A stretch of DNA of 63,555 nucleotides, counting the filler. It is 6 parts of 6 records of this genome, joined end to end, with 100 filler letters (N's around TTAATTAATTAA, not from the genome) between each part and the next. Parts side by side here need not be neighbours in the genome. Positions count along the whole stretch, not along the records: positions 21,848 to 33,909 come from SRR31156797_27387; positions 34,010 to 42,305 come from SRR31156797_27397; 4 more parts are not named here. One strand, written 5' to 3'. The notes beneath the pieces are model-generated. The model did no database searches and was not told the DNA's origin. It saw only the letters and a list, made by a program, of their open reading frames with translations. Both the position numbers and the translations under genes were made by a program. Of the stretch, positions 29,979-39,988 are shown piece by piece (position 1 is the first letter of the stretch; each line of letters opens with the position of its first letter).

Positions 29979-32900
29979 CTATGAAAGTTCAGCCAGTTCC
30001 TGCTCGGCCTTCCTCACCCACCCATCTGCGGAGCAATCCCTGTAGATTTCAATGGCTTTTCCAAGGTGCTCCACGGCCTTAGGCTGATTACCGTTGCGTT
30101 TATGCAACCTGGCATAAAGCAGATGATCATAACCCAAATAAAATTGAAAATTATGCCTTTTATCCGCTTCAATAATATCTATCAGCCATTCTTCCGCCTT
30201 ACTATCGGGTGGATCGAGATTCAATAAGATCTCACATATGTATCTGGCGCATTTTTGCTTCATTCGTTTTGATCGAATATTTCTGCAATATAGCAGCAAC
30301 TCTTCTATATCGACGCCTTGATCAGAGCTTAATACTTTTGCTCTTGCCAATCCCGCTTTATAAAGGCCGATTTCGGAAGAACGATATTTTGTGGGTTCAA
30401 GAATGGATATCATTGTTTTAAAATAGCTTTGAGCCTTCTTGAAGTCTCTTTTGCTGATATATAACTCGAAAATGTGTTCGCACGCCGTCATCCAGTTTGT
30501 GTAATGCCCGGTCTTTTGGGAAAAATCCAATGCCTTTAGTAAGTAAGATTCTGCTTTATCCAAGTCGCCTTTCACAAAGCTGGAAACGCCGCAACAAATA
30601 TTGGCCGGAGTCTGGTAATACATATCGCCCATTTCTTCCGCAGCCTGCAAATAGTTCAGGCTCTCATTAATGGATAGCTCGATCTTACCCTGCCAGGCAT
30701 GAAACCATGTAACTATATAACTCTTTAAAAATATTCTGGGACCGGGATTATTGGTTTTCGCACTTAACGCCCAGCCTTTATTCAGACATTCGATGGCTTT
30801 CTCTACTTCATTTTCATAGTAACAGCCAAGTGCTGTGAACCAGTATGCAGACCACATTGAAAAATAATCCCTGGTCTCCATCGAGATTTTCAGCGCCTGT
30901 TCCAGAAGCTGAACGCCCTTGTTAAAATCCTCATCGATCAAAATGTAATATGACCCAAGGGCGACATATATTGTAGGCAGCCTCTTTTTGTAGGTCATGC
31001 TCTGAGCCAATTCAACAATGGGCTCTATAACCTCCATTGCCTTAACATGGTGGTTCAAGCTCATGTAGTACCCGGCCAGCAGGGTTCTGGCATCAACAAG
31101 CTTCCTTTGATTAGCTTCTGACATTGATAACTTGTCAGCGCATATCACTCCTTTTTTTGCATATGATATTGCATCTTTGAATGCCGACTTCTTTCGGGCC
31201 GCCTTACCGGCCAGCCTCAGGTATTCTTCCGCCTTCTCAAAATTCTCTCCCTCCCAAAAGTGCTCCGCCAAAATCCCGTATTGTTCTGAAATATTCTTTG
31301 CATACATGGATTCTACAGCCAGGCCGATTTCATTGTGAAGTTTGATTCTCCGCTTTTTCAAAATAGATTCGTAAACAACTTCACGGGTGAGGGCATGTTT
31401 GAAAATATAAATGGATTGAGGGTAGATTCCTCTTTCATAAATAAGCTCCGAATCCTTCAAAACAGACAAGTAGCCTAATAATTCCCGGTCCGACAACTCT
31501 GTAATATGTTGTAGCAGCTCATAGGTAAACTCTCTCTCGATCACCGCCCCGGCCTGAAGAACAACTTTTGCTCCCTCCGGCATGGAATCAACCCTGGCCA
31601 TGATAACATCTTGGATTTTGGATGGAATTGATAGCTGCTCAATATCTTTAGCTAAAAAATACCGGCCATCCTTTCTTTCAATTATCTTGAGCTCTATAAG
31701 GGACTTAATAAACTCCTCTATGAAAAATGGAACCCCCTCTGTTTTCTCCAGGATCAACTCCTTAAGATCAATATCTATGTTATCCGAGCCTAAAATGGAT
31801 TTCGCCATGGCAAGGCTTTCCCGGTTGGAAAGCCGGTTCAGGTTCACCTGGCTGTGATACGATTTCCCTCCCCAGGCGTGTACAAATTCAGGCCGATAGG
31901 TGAATATTAGAAAGATTCTTGAGCCGGATATGCTGTTTAAAAAGTTTATGAAGTATTCTTCGGAAGTTCTGTCAGTCCAATGGAGGTCCTCGATTGCCGC
32001 AACAAGGGGTCTGATCTCTGAACCCTTCAGGCTGATTCGTATTACTGATTCTATAATACGGTTTTTTTTTGCTTCCGGAGTAATCGGGATATCATCTACA
32101 TCGCTGCCTTTGACCGTTAAAAGCTCAAGAATATAAGGAAGTGTAGAAGTTACATCCACGCCTATAGTCTCTAGACCGCTTATGACCTTTTCCTTTATTT
32201 CTTCATCATGATCAGTATCCAGAATATCGAAATTGGATTTCAGTATATCGATCACCGGATGATAAGCTATGTTTTTACTGAACGAAAGACACTTGCCTTC
32301 AAGAAAGGTCACGTCCTCATTGATAATTGCTTTTCTAAATTCATATAACAGCCTTGACTTGCCGACGCCGGCCTCGGCCATTATTGAAAAAGCCTGGCCT
32401 CGGCCGCCCTTGGCCTCTTCGTATCCATTCAACAACAGTTCGAGTTCCCGATCTCTTCCAATAAAAGTTGTCAGGCCCCTTTCCGCGCTGACGTCAAACC
32501 GGGTTTTCCTGGTGCTGGGAGCTATCACCCGAAAAATCTTAACCGGCGTTTTCATGCCTTTGATTTTATAATCACCGAGGGCTTCGAACCGAAAAAACCC
32601 CTCCGTGTTCCTAAAGGTTTCTTCCGTCACATAAGTGGCGCCCGGTTCAGCAATGTTTTCCACCCTGGATGCCAGGTTGACCGTATCCCCAATAGCCTTG
32701 AAATCCACTCGCAGATCGTTGCCTAAAGTTCCGACGACCACCGGACCGGTGTGAATCCCGATCCGCATTTTGAGAGTCTGCATGTATTCTTTTTCAAGCT
32801 TCAACTTGTCACTTAGTTTGGCCATTTCTCTGTGGATTGAATATGCGGAACGAAGAGCCCGTTGGGGGGCGTCTTCCAGGGCAATTGGGGCGCCAAACAG

Positions 32901-33359
32901 GGCCATGACCCCGTCTCCGGTCAATTCATTGACCGTGCCTTCATAATCATGGACCTTATGGATCAGGAGTTCATAGACTTGGTCCATGATGGAATAGGCA
33001 TCTTCCGGGCCAAGGTATTCGACCATTGGAGTAAAATCCGCCATGTCGCAAAACATGACCGTGACCTGTTTGCGCTCGCCTTCGATTCGGTCTCTCTGCG
33101 CCAGGATTTTTTCGGTCAGCCCTTTGGGAAGGTATTTTTGAATTTTGGCCAGCTTATCGTCATAAGAAATGTCTTTGGGAGAAGGTTCGGGCAAGGCAGC
33201 TAATTTTTGGCCGCATTCACCGCAGAATTTCCGGTCCGGCGGTATCCCGGCCTGGCAATTCGGACAGATCTGCTCGAGCTTTGAGCCGCACTCTTCGCAG
33301 AACTTAATTCCTTCTCGATTCTCAAAATTGCATTTCGGGCATTGCATGACAGCCCCCAT
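29979..33359 (-). CDS. Double zinc ribbon-class III nucleotide cyclase-AAA/STAND ATPase-TPR protein
   Basis: Four CxxC motifs; MFCD, TGDGVMALFGAP, RIGIHTG, GDTVNLASR; EAGVGKS, IEDLHW, GVPFFIEE, FKHALT; helical repeats. The true start may be 33347. Confidence 0.93.
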   Translation of the reverse strand: MGAVMQCPKCNFENREGIKFCEECGSKLEQICPNCQAGIPPDRKFCGECGQKLAALPEPSPKDISYDDKLAKIQKYLPKGLTEKILAQRDRIEGERKQVTVMFCDMADFTPMVEYLGPEDAYSIMDQVYELLIHKVHDYEGTVNELTGDGVMALFGAPIALEDAPQRALRSAYSIHREMAKLSDKLKLEKEYMQTLKMRIGIHTGPVVVGTLGNDLRVDFKAIGDTVNLASRVENIAEPGATYVTEETFRNTEGFFRFEALGDYKIKGMKTPVKIFRVIAPSTRKTRFDVSAERGLTTFIGRDRELELLLNGYEEAKGGRGQAFSIMAEAGVGKSRLLYEFRKAIINEDVTFLEGKCLSFSKNIAYHPVIDILKSNFDILDTDHDEEIKEKVISGLETIGVDVTSTLPYILELLTVKGSDVDDIPITPEAKKNRIIESVIRISLKGSEIRPLVAAIEDLHWTDRTSEEYFINFLNSISGSRIFLIFTYRPEFVHAWGGKSYHSQVNLNRLSNRESLAMAKSILGSDNIDIDLKELILEKTEGVPFFIEEFIKSLIELKIIERKDGRYFLAKDIEQLSIPSKIQDVIMARVDSMPEGAKVVLQAGAVIEREFTYELLQHITELSDRELLGYLSVLKDSELIYERGIYPQSIYIFKHALTREVVYESILKKRRIKLHNEIGLAVESMYAKNISEQYGILAEHFWEGENFEKAEEYLRLAGKAARKKSAFKDAISYAKKGVICADKLSMSEANQRKLVDARTLLAGYYMSLNHHVKAMEVIEPIVELAQSMTYKKRLPTIYVALGSYYILIDEDFNKGVQLLEQALKISMETRDYFSMWSAYWFTALGCYYENEVEKAIECLNKGWALSAKTNNPGPRIFLKSYIVTWFHAWQGKIELSINESLNYLQAAEEMGDMYYQTPANICCGVSSFVKGDLDKAESYLLKALDFSQKTGHYTNWMTACEHIFELYISKRDFKKAQSYFKTMISILEPTKYRSSEIGLYKAGLARAKVLSSDQGVDIEELLLYCRNIRSKRMKQKCARYICEILLNLDPPDSKAEEWLIDIIEADKRHNFQFYLGYDHLLYARLHKRNGNQPKAVEHLGKAIEIYRDCSADGWVRKAEQELAELS

Positions 33360-33611
33360 GCATATGGTTAACCATTAAATTATATAGCAATAAAATGGAC
33401 ATAACAATAAAGGCGGCCGGCCGGAATTTCAACCCGATTGAATATAACAGGAATAGGAAACAGGGGCCGCCGTTTTAAGGACGGCGCGTTTTTACCAATA
33501 AATACGAAGAAAAGGCATCTAAATCGCAAGTGCAGTTTATCTTAATAAAAAGCCGGCTCCAAATAACCTGTGGCCCAAAATCTTAATTTAGAGCCGGCCT
33601 GCAGACTACTT

Positions 33612-33909
33612 TTATTCCCGGGCCATCATCTCTCTTAATGTCACTTTTTCCAGTTTCCCGGTGGCTGTTTTGGGCAAGTCGTCAAAAAAGGAGACCTTTT
33701 TCGGCGCCTTGTATACAGCGGCGTTGTCCCGGCAGAACTTGATGATCTCTTCTTCGGTCGCCTCCGCCCCGGGTTTCAATGTGATGCAGGCCACCGCTTT
33801 TTCGCCGCTTATCACGTCAGGGACGCCGACAACCTGAACTTCGCCTACAGCTGGATGGGTGTAGAGCAGGTCCTCAACTTCCTTGGGATAGATATTGAAG
33901 CCGCCGGTG
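33612..33909 (-). CDS. AMP-binding acyl-CoA ligase, C-terminal fragment
   Basis: GGFNIYPKEVEDLLYTHPAV...VVGVPD...YKAPK...LPKTATGK. Confidence 0.9.
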
Positions 33910-34009
33910 NNNNNNNNNNNNNNNNNNNNNNNNNNNNNNNNNNNNNNNNNNNNTTAATTAATTAANNNNNNNNNNNNNNNNNNNNNNNNNNNNNNNNNNN
34001 NNNNNNNNN
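33910..34009. other. Artificial contig spacer
   Basis: N-run with TTAATTAATTAA. Confidence 0.99.
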
Positions 34010-34262
34010 GGAACGAATTGAAGGTATAGGTCCACAGACTGATGCCGGACAGTTCCAGGATTTCCTCATAGGCGGTCAGATCGAAGCTTTCGGGAAACAG
34101 GCGCATCGGCGTCGTCAGGATCTGTTCGGTGGTCCTGAACGAGCAGGCGAACATCCAGATGTAGGGAAACAGGAACACCAGCGAGATCGCGATGCCGGCG
34201 GCGTAAAGCGTCCACCGGATCAGGCGTTCGCGGTTTTGCTTGCGGGTCCGTCGGTCCGTCAT
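34010..34262 (-). CDS. Carbohydrate ABC permease (MalG-like), truncated
   Basis: FLFPYIWMFACSFRT...YTFNS; ATGA overlap with the upstream permease. Confidence 0.85.
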
Positions 34263-35152
34263 CGCCAATCCGTTTTCGTGTTCAGCCAATAGACCAGATA
34301 GGCCAGCCCGATCACGATGACGAAAAGGGTGCTGGCCATCGCCGTCGCCTCGCCGTAGCGGGCCTGGTCGAACAGCTTGTAGGCAAAATAGGAAACGTAG
34401 TTGGTCTCGAAATTCGGTCCGCCCTTGGTCATCACGACGACGACGCTGAAGGTCTTCAGGAACTGGATCAGCGCATAGACCGAATTGATCATGATCGCCG
34501 GGCGCAGTTGCGGGATGGTGACGTACCAGACCCGCTTCCAGTATTGGGCGCCGTCAACGCGGGCCGCCTCGTCCAGGTGCGGATCGCAGATCATGATGTT
34601 GGTCAGGAAAATGATGACGTAGAACCCGGCATGTTTCCAAAGCTCGGCGATCAGAACGGCGGCCATCACCGTATCGACGCTGGCGGTGCCGCCGAAAGAA
34701 GGAAGGCCGACGGCTTCCAGGAAGGCGTTCACGGCGCCGAAGTTCTGGTTGTACATCCATTTCCAGACGATATAGCCGGCGATGTCCGGGGTGATCACCG
34801 GCAGGAACACGGCCAGGCGGAAAAAGGTGCCCATCCCGGTGACGTAGCGGCTGGAAAGAAACAGCGCGTATATCAACGCGAAGCCGACGTTGAAGACGAC
34901 CGACAGCACCGTGTACTTCAGCGTCTTGTAAAGGGACGAAATGAACTGCGGGTTGTTGAAGATTTTGACGTAGTTGTCGAAGCCGACGTAATTCGGCTCG
35001 GGCTGCAGGGCGGTGAAGGACTCGGTGAAGGACACCTGAACGCTGAGCACGATCGGCCACAGGCCGAAGACGATCGTCAGCACCGCGAAGGGGATGACGA
35101 ATAGATAGAAGATCCTGTTTTTCCAGATCAGGTTGGCGTCAAGCGTGGGCAT
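34259..35152 (-). CDS. Carbohydrate ABC permease (MalF-like)
   Basis: YVGFDNY, EAARVDGA EAA loop, MTKGGP. Confidence 0.93.
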   Translation of the reverse strand: MPTLDANLIWKNRIFYLFVIPFAVLTIVFGLWPIVLSVQVSFTESFTALQPEPNYVGFDNYVKIFNNPQFISSLYKTLKYTVLSVVFNVGFALIYALFLSSRYVTGMGTFFRLAVFLPVITPDIAGYIVWKWMYNQNFGAVNAFLEAVGLPSFGGTASVDTVMAAVLIAELWKHAGFYVIIFLTNIMICDPHLDEAARVDGAQYWKRVWYVTIPQLRPAIMINSVYALIQFLKTFSVVVVMTKGGPNFETNYVSYFAYKLFDQARYGEATAMASTLFVIVIGLAYLVYWLNTKTDWR

Positions 35153-35250
35153 GAATTCTGGTCATCCTTGAACGCCTGTGTCGGCATCGCACAATGGAAA
35201 GAGGAAGCGGCGCAACGCCAGGCGCCGCGCCGCTTCGAAAGGCACCTAGC

Positions 35251-36528
35251 TTACTTCAGCTCTTTCGCCTTGGCGCGCAATTTCTCGGCCGTGGCTTTGA
35301 TGAAGGCCTGCCAATCGGATGGCGGGTTGGCAATGCCGTCCAGCAGCAGGCGGTGGTATTCGGCCTCCAGCTGCGGATAGAAGCTGTGAATCGATTCCGG
35401 GAAATCGTAGGCGTTCAGCGCGTGCTGGGCTTTCGCGAAAACCATCTGTCGTTCGCTCAATCCGGACAGCGCGAAATCGCCGCGCACCGCCGCCCCGACA
35501 TTGCGAAGCGAAGCCGACTGGGCGTCTTTCGACAGCATGAAAACGGCAAACTTTTTGGCCAGATCCAGGTTCGGCGAGTTTTCCGGGATGCCGATTCCGC
35601 GCATGCCACCGATAACGACGGCGTTTTTGCGCGCCGGGTCGAAGCTCGGCCAGGAACCGATCTGGAAATCGCCCTTGAAGGCTTTGGCGTCCCATTTTTT
35701 GACGTTCCAGTCGCCGACGCGGAACATGCCGGCCCGGCCGCCTTCGATGACCTGGTACATTTCCGGGAAGCTGTGATTGACGGTATCCGGCGCCACGTAT
35801 TCATAGTCGGTGAAGGTGCGCAGGAATTCCTCCAGCACCTTGGCGTGGGCCGGCTCGTCGATGACGATGTCGCCGGCGGGGTCGATCAGGGTGTGGCGCA
35901 GTCCCGACCCGAAGGTGAAAAGATCCAGCATGTGGATAAGGTCGCGGGGATTTGCCGCTTCCAGGGCCAAACCAAAGGTATCGGCCTTGCCGTTGCCGTC
36001 CGGGTCCTCGGATTTGAACTTGGCGGCGACGCGCTGGACGTCGGTCCAGGTTTTCGGGAACGTCTCGCCGACTTTATCAAGCCACGATTTGCGGACGCCG
36101 AAACCCATTTGGACCCGCTGTATCGGGAAAATGATCATCCGGTCCTTGTAGGTCGCAACCTGCAGGTCGCCTTCGCTGAGGAAAGCCTTGTCGGAAACCG
36201 AACCGAACAATGCCTTCAGGTCCATGACCTTGCCTGTCTGGTTCTGAATCCGGATGACACGTTCATAATTGTTGTAGATCAGATCGGGCGCCGTGCCGGT
36301 ATTGATGGCGGCGATGACCTTTCCGTACCACTGATCGGTCGGATAGGAGACCGAGCGAACGGTCACGTCCGGATTCTGCTTTTCGAACAGACCGCTCAGT
36401 TCCTTGAACCATTTAATGCCGTTGTCCCCCAGATCGTGCCAGACAACCAGCTCTTTCGATTGCGCCGTCGCTGCCGACAATCCGACAACCGCCGCGGCTA
36501 AGACACCGATGGCATGTTTGGCGTGCAT
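35251..36528 (-). CDS. Carbohydrate ABC substrate-binding protein
   Basis: Signal peptide, GAGAGG RBS, family-1 SBP patterns (TGTAPDL, PKTWTD). Confidence 0.9.
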   Translation of the reverse strand: MHAKHAIGVLAAAVVGLSAATAQSKELVVWHDLGDNGIKWFKELSGLFEKQNPDVTVRSVSYPTDQWYGKVIAAINTGTAPDLIYNNYERVIRIQNQTGKVMDLKALFGSVSDKAFLSEGDLQVATYKDRMIIFPIQRVQMGFGVRKSWLDKVGETFPKTWTDVQRVAAKFKSEDPDGNGKADTFGLALEAANPRDLIHMLDLFTFGSGLRHTLIDPAGDIVIDEPAHAKVLEEFLRTFTDYEYVAPDTVNHSFPEMYQVIEGGRAGMFRVGDWNVKKWDAKAFKGDFQIGSWPSFDPARKNAVVIGGMRGIGIPENSPNLDLAKKFAVFMLSKDAQSASLRNVGAAVRGDFALSGLSERQMVFAKAQHALNAYDFPESIHSFYPQLEAEYHRLLLDGIANPPSDWQAFIKATAEKLRAKAKELK

Positions 36529-36794
36529 CTAACCTCTCCCTATTTGATTGCGTGATTCGCTATGGCTCCGCGGCGAACGGGCGCCGCAGGGTGTAAGGAA
36601 TACCGTCGTCTCTGATGTCCCCTGGAAATTCACCGGGTTCGATCCTGCTCCCTGCTTCCCGCGTAGGGGAAGAATTCCGCCGCCCGGATATCCGGGTCGA
36701 TCGGTGCTCAGGTTACCCAGGGAGGATCGAGCCCGTCAAGAAAATACCGCAAATTTCCGAAAATTGCGAAATAAACGCCAAACGACGAAAGTTT

Positions 36795-37877
36795 TCAGTC
36801 GACGATCGACCTGACGCTTTCGCGCTGGACCAGGTGGCCGCCCAACTCGACCCGCCAGGCCGGGGCGCCGTGATCGCCGACCCGGGCCAGCAGCCGTTCG
36901 ACGGCGGTCCGCCCGATCGCTTCGCGGGCGACGTGAATGGTGCTCAGGCTCGGCGAGAACACCTCGCTGATCGGCATGTCGTCGAAACCGATGACGGAAA
37001 CGTCACCGGGAACGTCGAGGCCGCATTTGCGAAGGGCCGATATCAGGCCGAGGGCGGCGCTGTCGGTGACGCAGCAATAGGCCGTCGCCGTGTTTTCCCG
37101 TTCCCGCAGGCGCCGCAGCATCCCGGCTTCGACAACGTCGGTATCGAACGAGTCGAGATCGATGACGGAATCGTCGTCGAGCCCGATTCCGGCGTTGCGC
37201 ATGGCGTCGTTGAAGCCGTCGAGGCGCCGGCGGCAGGTCGATCGTTGCAGCGCCGTCAAATGGACGATCTTCGTGTGGCCCATTTCGATCAGGTGCCGCG
37301 TCGCCAGGTTGGCGCCGGCCCGATAGGCCGGGGAAACGCTGTCCATCTGCATTTCCGGATCTTCGCCGTTGACGATGACGGTCGGAATGCCGGCTTCCTT
37401 GACCAGGTCCAGATACGGCGGCTCGTCGATGCCGAGGGTCAGGACGCTGTCGCAGGCGATGCTGTTCAGGGTTCGCGAGAACTCGTCGATGTCGGGGGCC
37501 GAGCGATCCAGCAGATGGCTTCTCAACTTGATCCCGCGTCGTGCGCAGGACCGCCGGATCTCCTCCAGGATGGCGTTGTAGAAGGTGTTGGAGGCGTCGG
37601 TGATGTACTGATAGAAGGTGACCAGCGTTACCGAGCCGACTCCGGCCTGTTCGGCTTCGGCTTTGCCGCCGGCGGAAATCCGGTCGTAGCCCAGTTCGGC
37701 GGCGGTTTCGATGACCTGCCGGCGCAGCTCTTCGCTGATGCCGGGCGCCCGGTTCAAGGCACGGGATACCGTGCTGACGGAGACGTTGGCCGATCTGGCG
37801 ATGTCGAGCAGCCGTGGCCGATCGCCGATTTTTCCGCCGTTGGTGCCGCGGCCGTCTCTCTGATCTCGGTTTTTCAT
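36795..37877 (-). CDS. LacI-family transcriptional regulator
   Basis: LLDIARSANVSVSTVSRALN, ELGY, VPGDVSVIGFDD, PSLSTI; start at MKNRD. Confidence 0.95.
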   Translation of the reverse strand: MKNRDQRDGRGTNGGKIGDRPRLLDIARSANVSVSTVSRALNRAPGISEELRRQVIETAAELGYDRISAGGKAEAEQAGVGSVTLVTFYQYITDASNTFYNAILEEIRRSCARRGIKLRSHLLDRSAPDIDEFSRTLNSIACDSVLTLGIDEPPYLDLVKEAGIPTVIVNGEDPEMQMDSVSPAYRAGANLATRHLIEMGHTKIVHLTALQRSTCRRRLDGFNDAMRNAGIGLDDDSVIDLDSFDTDVVEAGMLRRLRERENTATAYCCVTDSAALGLISALRKCGLDVPGDVSVIGFDDMPISEVFSPSLSTIHVAREAIGRTAVERLLARVGDHGAPAWRVELGGHLVQRESVRSIVD

Positions 37878-38099
37878 CGGATTCCAGTCGTTTCCAATTC
37901 GGTTTTCGGAAAATCCCTTGGGTAATTTGCGGCCCAAAATGGCATTCGTATCAAAAATCGAAGCAGAAACAAGAAGTTAAAACATTTTCGCAAATTTCGC
38001 AATTCCCATATTGCATTTGAGTGGGGAAACTGCCTAGGATTTACCTCCGATTTCAGAATTATCGCACGCCGAAGGTGCAATCAGGAGTAAATCCCAAGC

Positions 38100-39200
38100 A
38101 TGGCCGACCTTTCGATCGAGGGTGTCTATAAAAGTTTCGGCGACGTCGAGGTCATCCACGGTGTCGACCTGGCCATCGGGCACCGCGAATTCGTCGTTCT
38201 GGTCGGGCCGTCGGGATGCGGCAAATCGACGCTGCTTCGCCTGATTGCCGGCCTCGAAGAAGTGACGAAGGGCAGAATTCTCGTCGACGATGTCGATGTC
38301 ACCGATGAAGGTCCGACCGCGCGCGGCATCGCCATGGTCTTTCAGTCCTACGCGCTGTATCCGCATATGACGGTCGAAAAGAACATGGGGTTCGGCCTGA
38401 AAATGGCCGGTGCCAAGAAGGCGGACATCCGCGAGCGGGTTCTCGAAGTTGCCCGCATCCTGCAACTGGAACCGTTGTTGGAACGGCGGCCGAAGCAGTT
38501 GTCCGGCGGCCAGCGTCAGCGGGTTGCCATCGGCCGCGCCCTGGTCCGGGATCCGAAGATCTTCCTGTTCGACGAACCCCTGTCGAACCTCGATGCCGAA
38601 CTGCGGGTCCAGATGCGGGTCGAGATCGCCCGCCTGCACCAGACCCTGAACGCGACCATGGTCTATGTCACCCACGACCAGATGGAAGCCATGACCATGG
38701 CGGATCGCATCGTCGTGCTGCGCGACGGCTACATCGAACAGATCGGCTCGCCGCTGGACCTGTACCATTTTCCCGAAAACACCTTCGTTGCACAGTTTAT
38801 CGGTTCGCCGAAGATGAACCTGCTGAAGGGGCGTATCGAATCCTTGGGCGACAACGGTACCACCGTCGATTTGAACGGCGTCCTGCGCATCGCCCTGCCG
38901 GTGAAACGCGACGATTGCGCCATCGGCGATGCCGTCACCCTCGGTATCCGGCCCGAACAGATCGGGCTCGGCGACATACCGGGCGACGCCCTCGGCCTGA
39001 AGGTGGACGTTGCCGAGCATTTGGGCGGAACGACCTTTCTGCACGGTACGGCCAGCACCGGCGAAGCGATCATCGTCGAGGCCGAAGGGTCGGACCGCAC
39101 GCAGTCCGGAACCACCGTCGACATCCGCGTCGATCCCCGGGTCTGTCATCTGTTCGATGGGGAAGGGCGGGCCTTTGCCCGGCTCGATCCGAGAATCTGA
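38100..39200 (+). CDS. Sugar ABC ATPase (MalK/UgpC family)
   Basis: GPSGCGKS, VFQSYALYPH, LSGGQRQR, DEPLSNLD, TOBE tail. Confidence 0.96.
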   Translation: MADLSIEGVYKSFGDVEVIHGVDLAIGHREFVVLVGPSGCGKSTLLRLIAGLEEVTKGRILVDDVDVTDEGPTARGIAMVFQSYALYPHMTVEKNMGFGLKMAGAKKADIRERVLEVARILQLEPLLERRPKQLSGGQRQRVAIGRALVRDPKIFLFDEPLSNLDAELRVQMRVEIARLHQTLNATMVYVTHDQMEAMTMADRIVVLRDGYIEQIGSPLDLYHFPENTFVAQFIGSPKMNLLKGRIESLGDNGTTVDLNGVLRIALPVKRDDCAIGDAVTLGIRPEQIGLGDIPGDALGLKVDVAEHLGGTTFLHGTASTGEAIIVEAEGSDRTQSGTTVDIRVDPRVCHLFDGEGRAFARLDPRI

Positions 39201-39520
39201 CACCTCACCGCGAACGGCCGTTGCGGCCGTCAATCCATGGAAAACAAGGGATTTACCGGCCGGTTTCCGGTCCGGCCGGGGTGCCGCGTCGGGCGTTATT
39301 GTTACATTATAACATCCGTATATAATAAAGTTGTTATTTAAGCGATTTTGAGTTTAAGTAGACGCCGGGAAAACCCGCCGCCGGCCGGTCGGATTCCGCA
39401 CGCTCGGGAAACCGCTGCCGGCGAAACGAAAAAGGCGGGCACGTGCCGTCCCACCAGGCCCGAAACGCAGGCCCGGGCGGCGTTTGGAACCGAAACGAAA
39501 CGGTCGAGGAACGTCAAACG

Positions 39521-39925
39521 ATGATTCGATTGGGAATGTTGATATGTGCCGCGGTAATGGGCTTTTCCGCCATGGCCGATGTCGCGGTTGCGGCCGACAA
39601 GAAGGTCTGGCGGCTGGGCCGCGTCTATTACCGCATGGTCTGTACCGAATGTCACAGCGAACAGGCCGGAAAGAAAATCGGTCCGAATACGCGGACGATC
39701 GCGGAATGGACCGCCTACCTGGATGCCGATGCCCACGATGCGACCGGCAAGTCGGAAGCGAAGCTGTCCTACTATACCAGCACCGACTACCGCGAAAGCG
39801 TCAAGGACACCAACAAGGCCGCCAAGAAGTTCCTGAAGATGTCGGAAAAAGACCTGCATGCGGCCGTCAGCGCCTGGGTCGTCTATGGCGCCAAGGATTC
39901 GGACAATCCGGCCAGTTGCCAATAG
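39521..39925 (+). CDS. Periplasmic monoheme c-type cytochrome
   Basis: GAGGA RBS, ATG at 39521, signal peptide, CTECH heme-binding motif, C-terminus AKDSDNPASCQ. Confidence 0.82.
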   Translation: MIRLGMLICAAVMGFSAMADVAVAADKKVWRLGRVYYRMVCTECHSEQAGKKIGPNTRTIAEWTAYLDADAHDATGKSEAKLSYYTSTDYRESVKDTNKAAKKFLKMSEKDLHAAVSAWVVYGAKDSDNPASCQ

Positions 39926-39988
39926 GCACCGCCGGCGGGTCCTTTCGGGCGTGCAAACCGAGATCAAAACAAAAAGGGGAAACACACC

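Noticed and set aside
28363-33359. Cyclase, HD and DUF4240 as an anti-phage (Pycsar/CBASS-like) operon
   Set aside because: Gaps of about 190-370 nt, no cyclic-nucleotide-binding effector, and no defence-island context.
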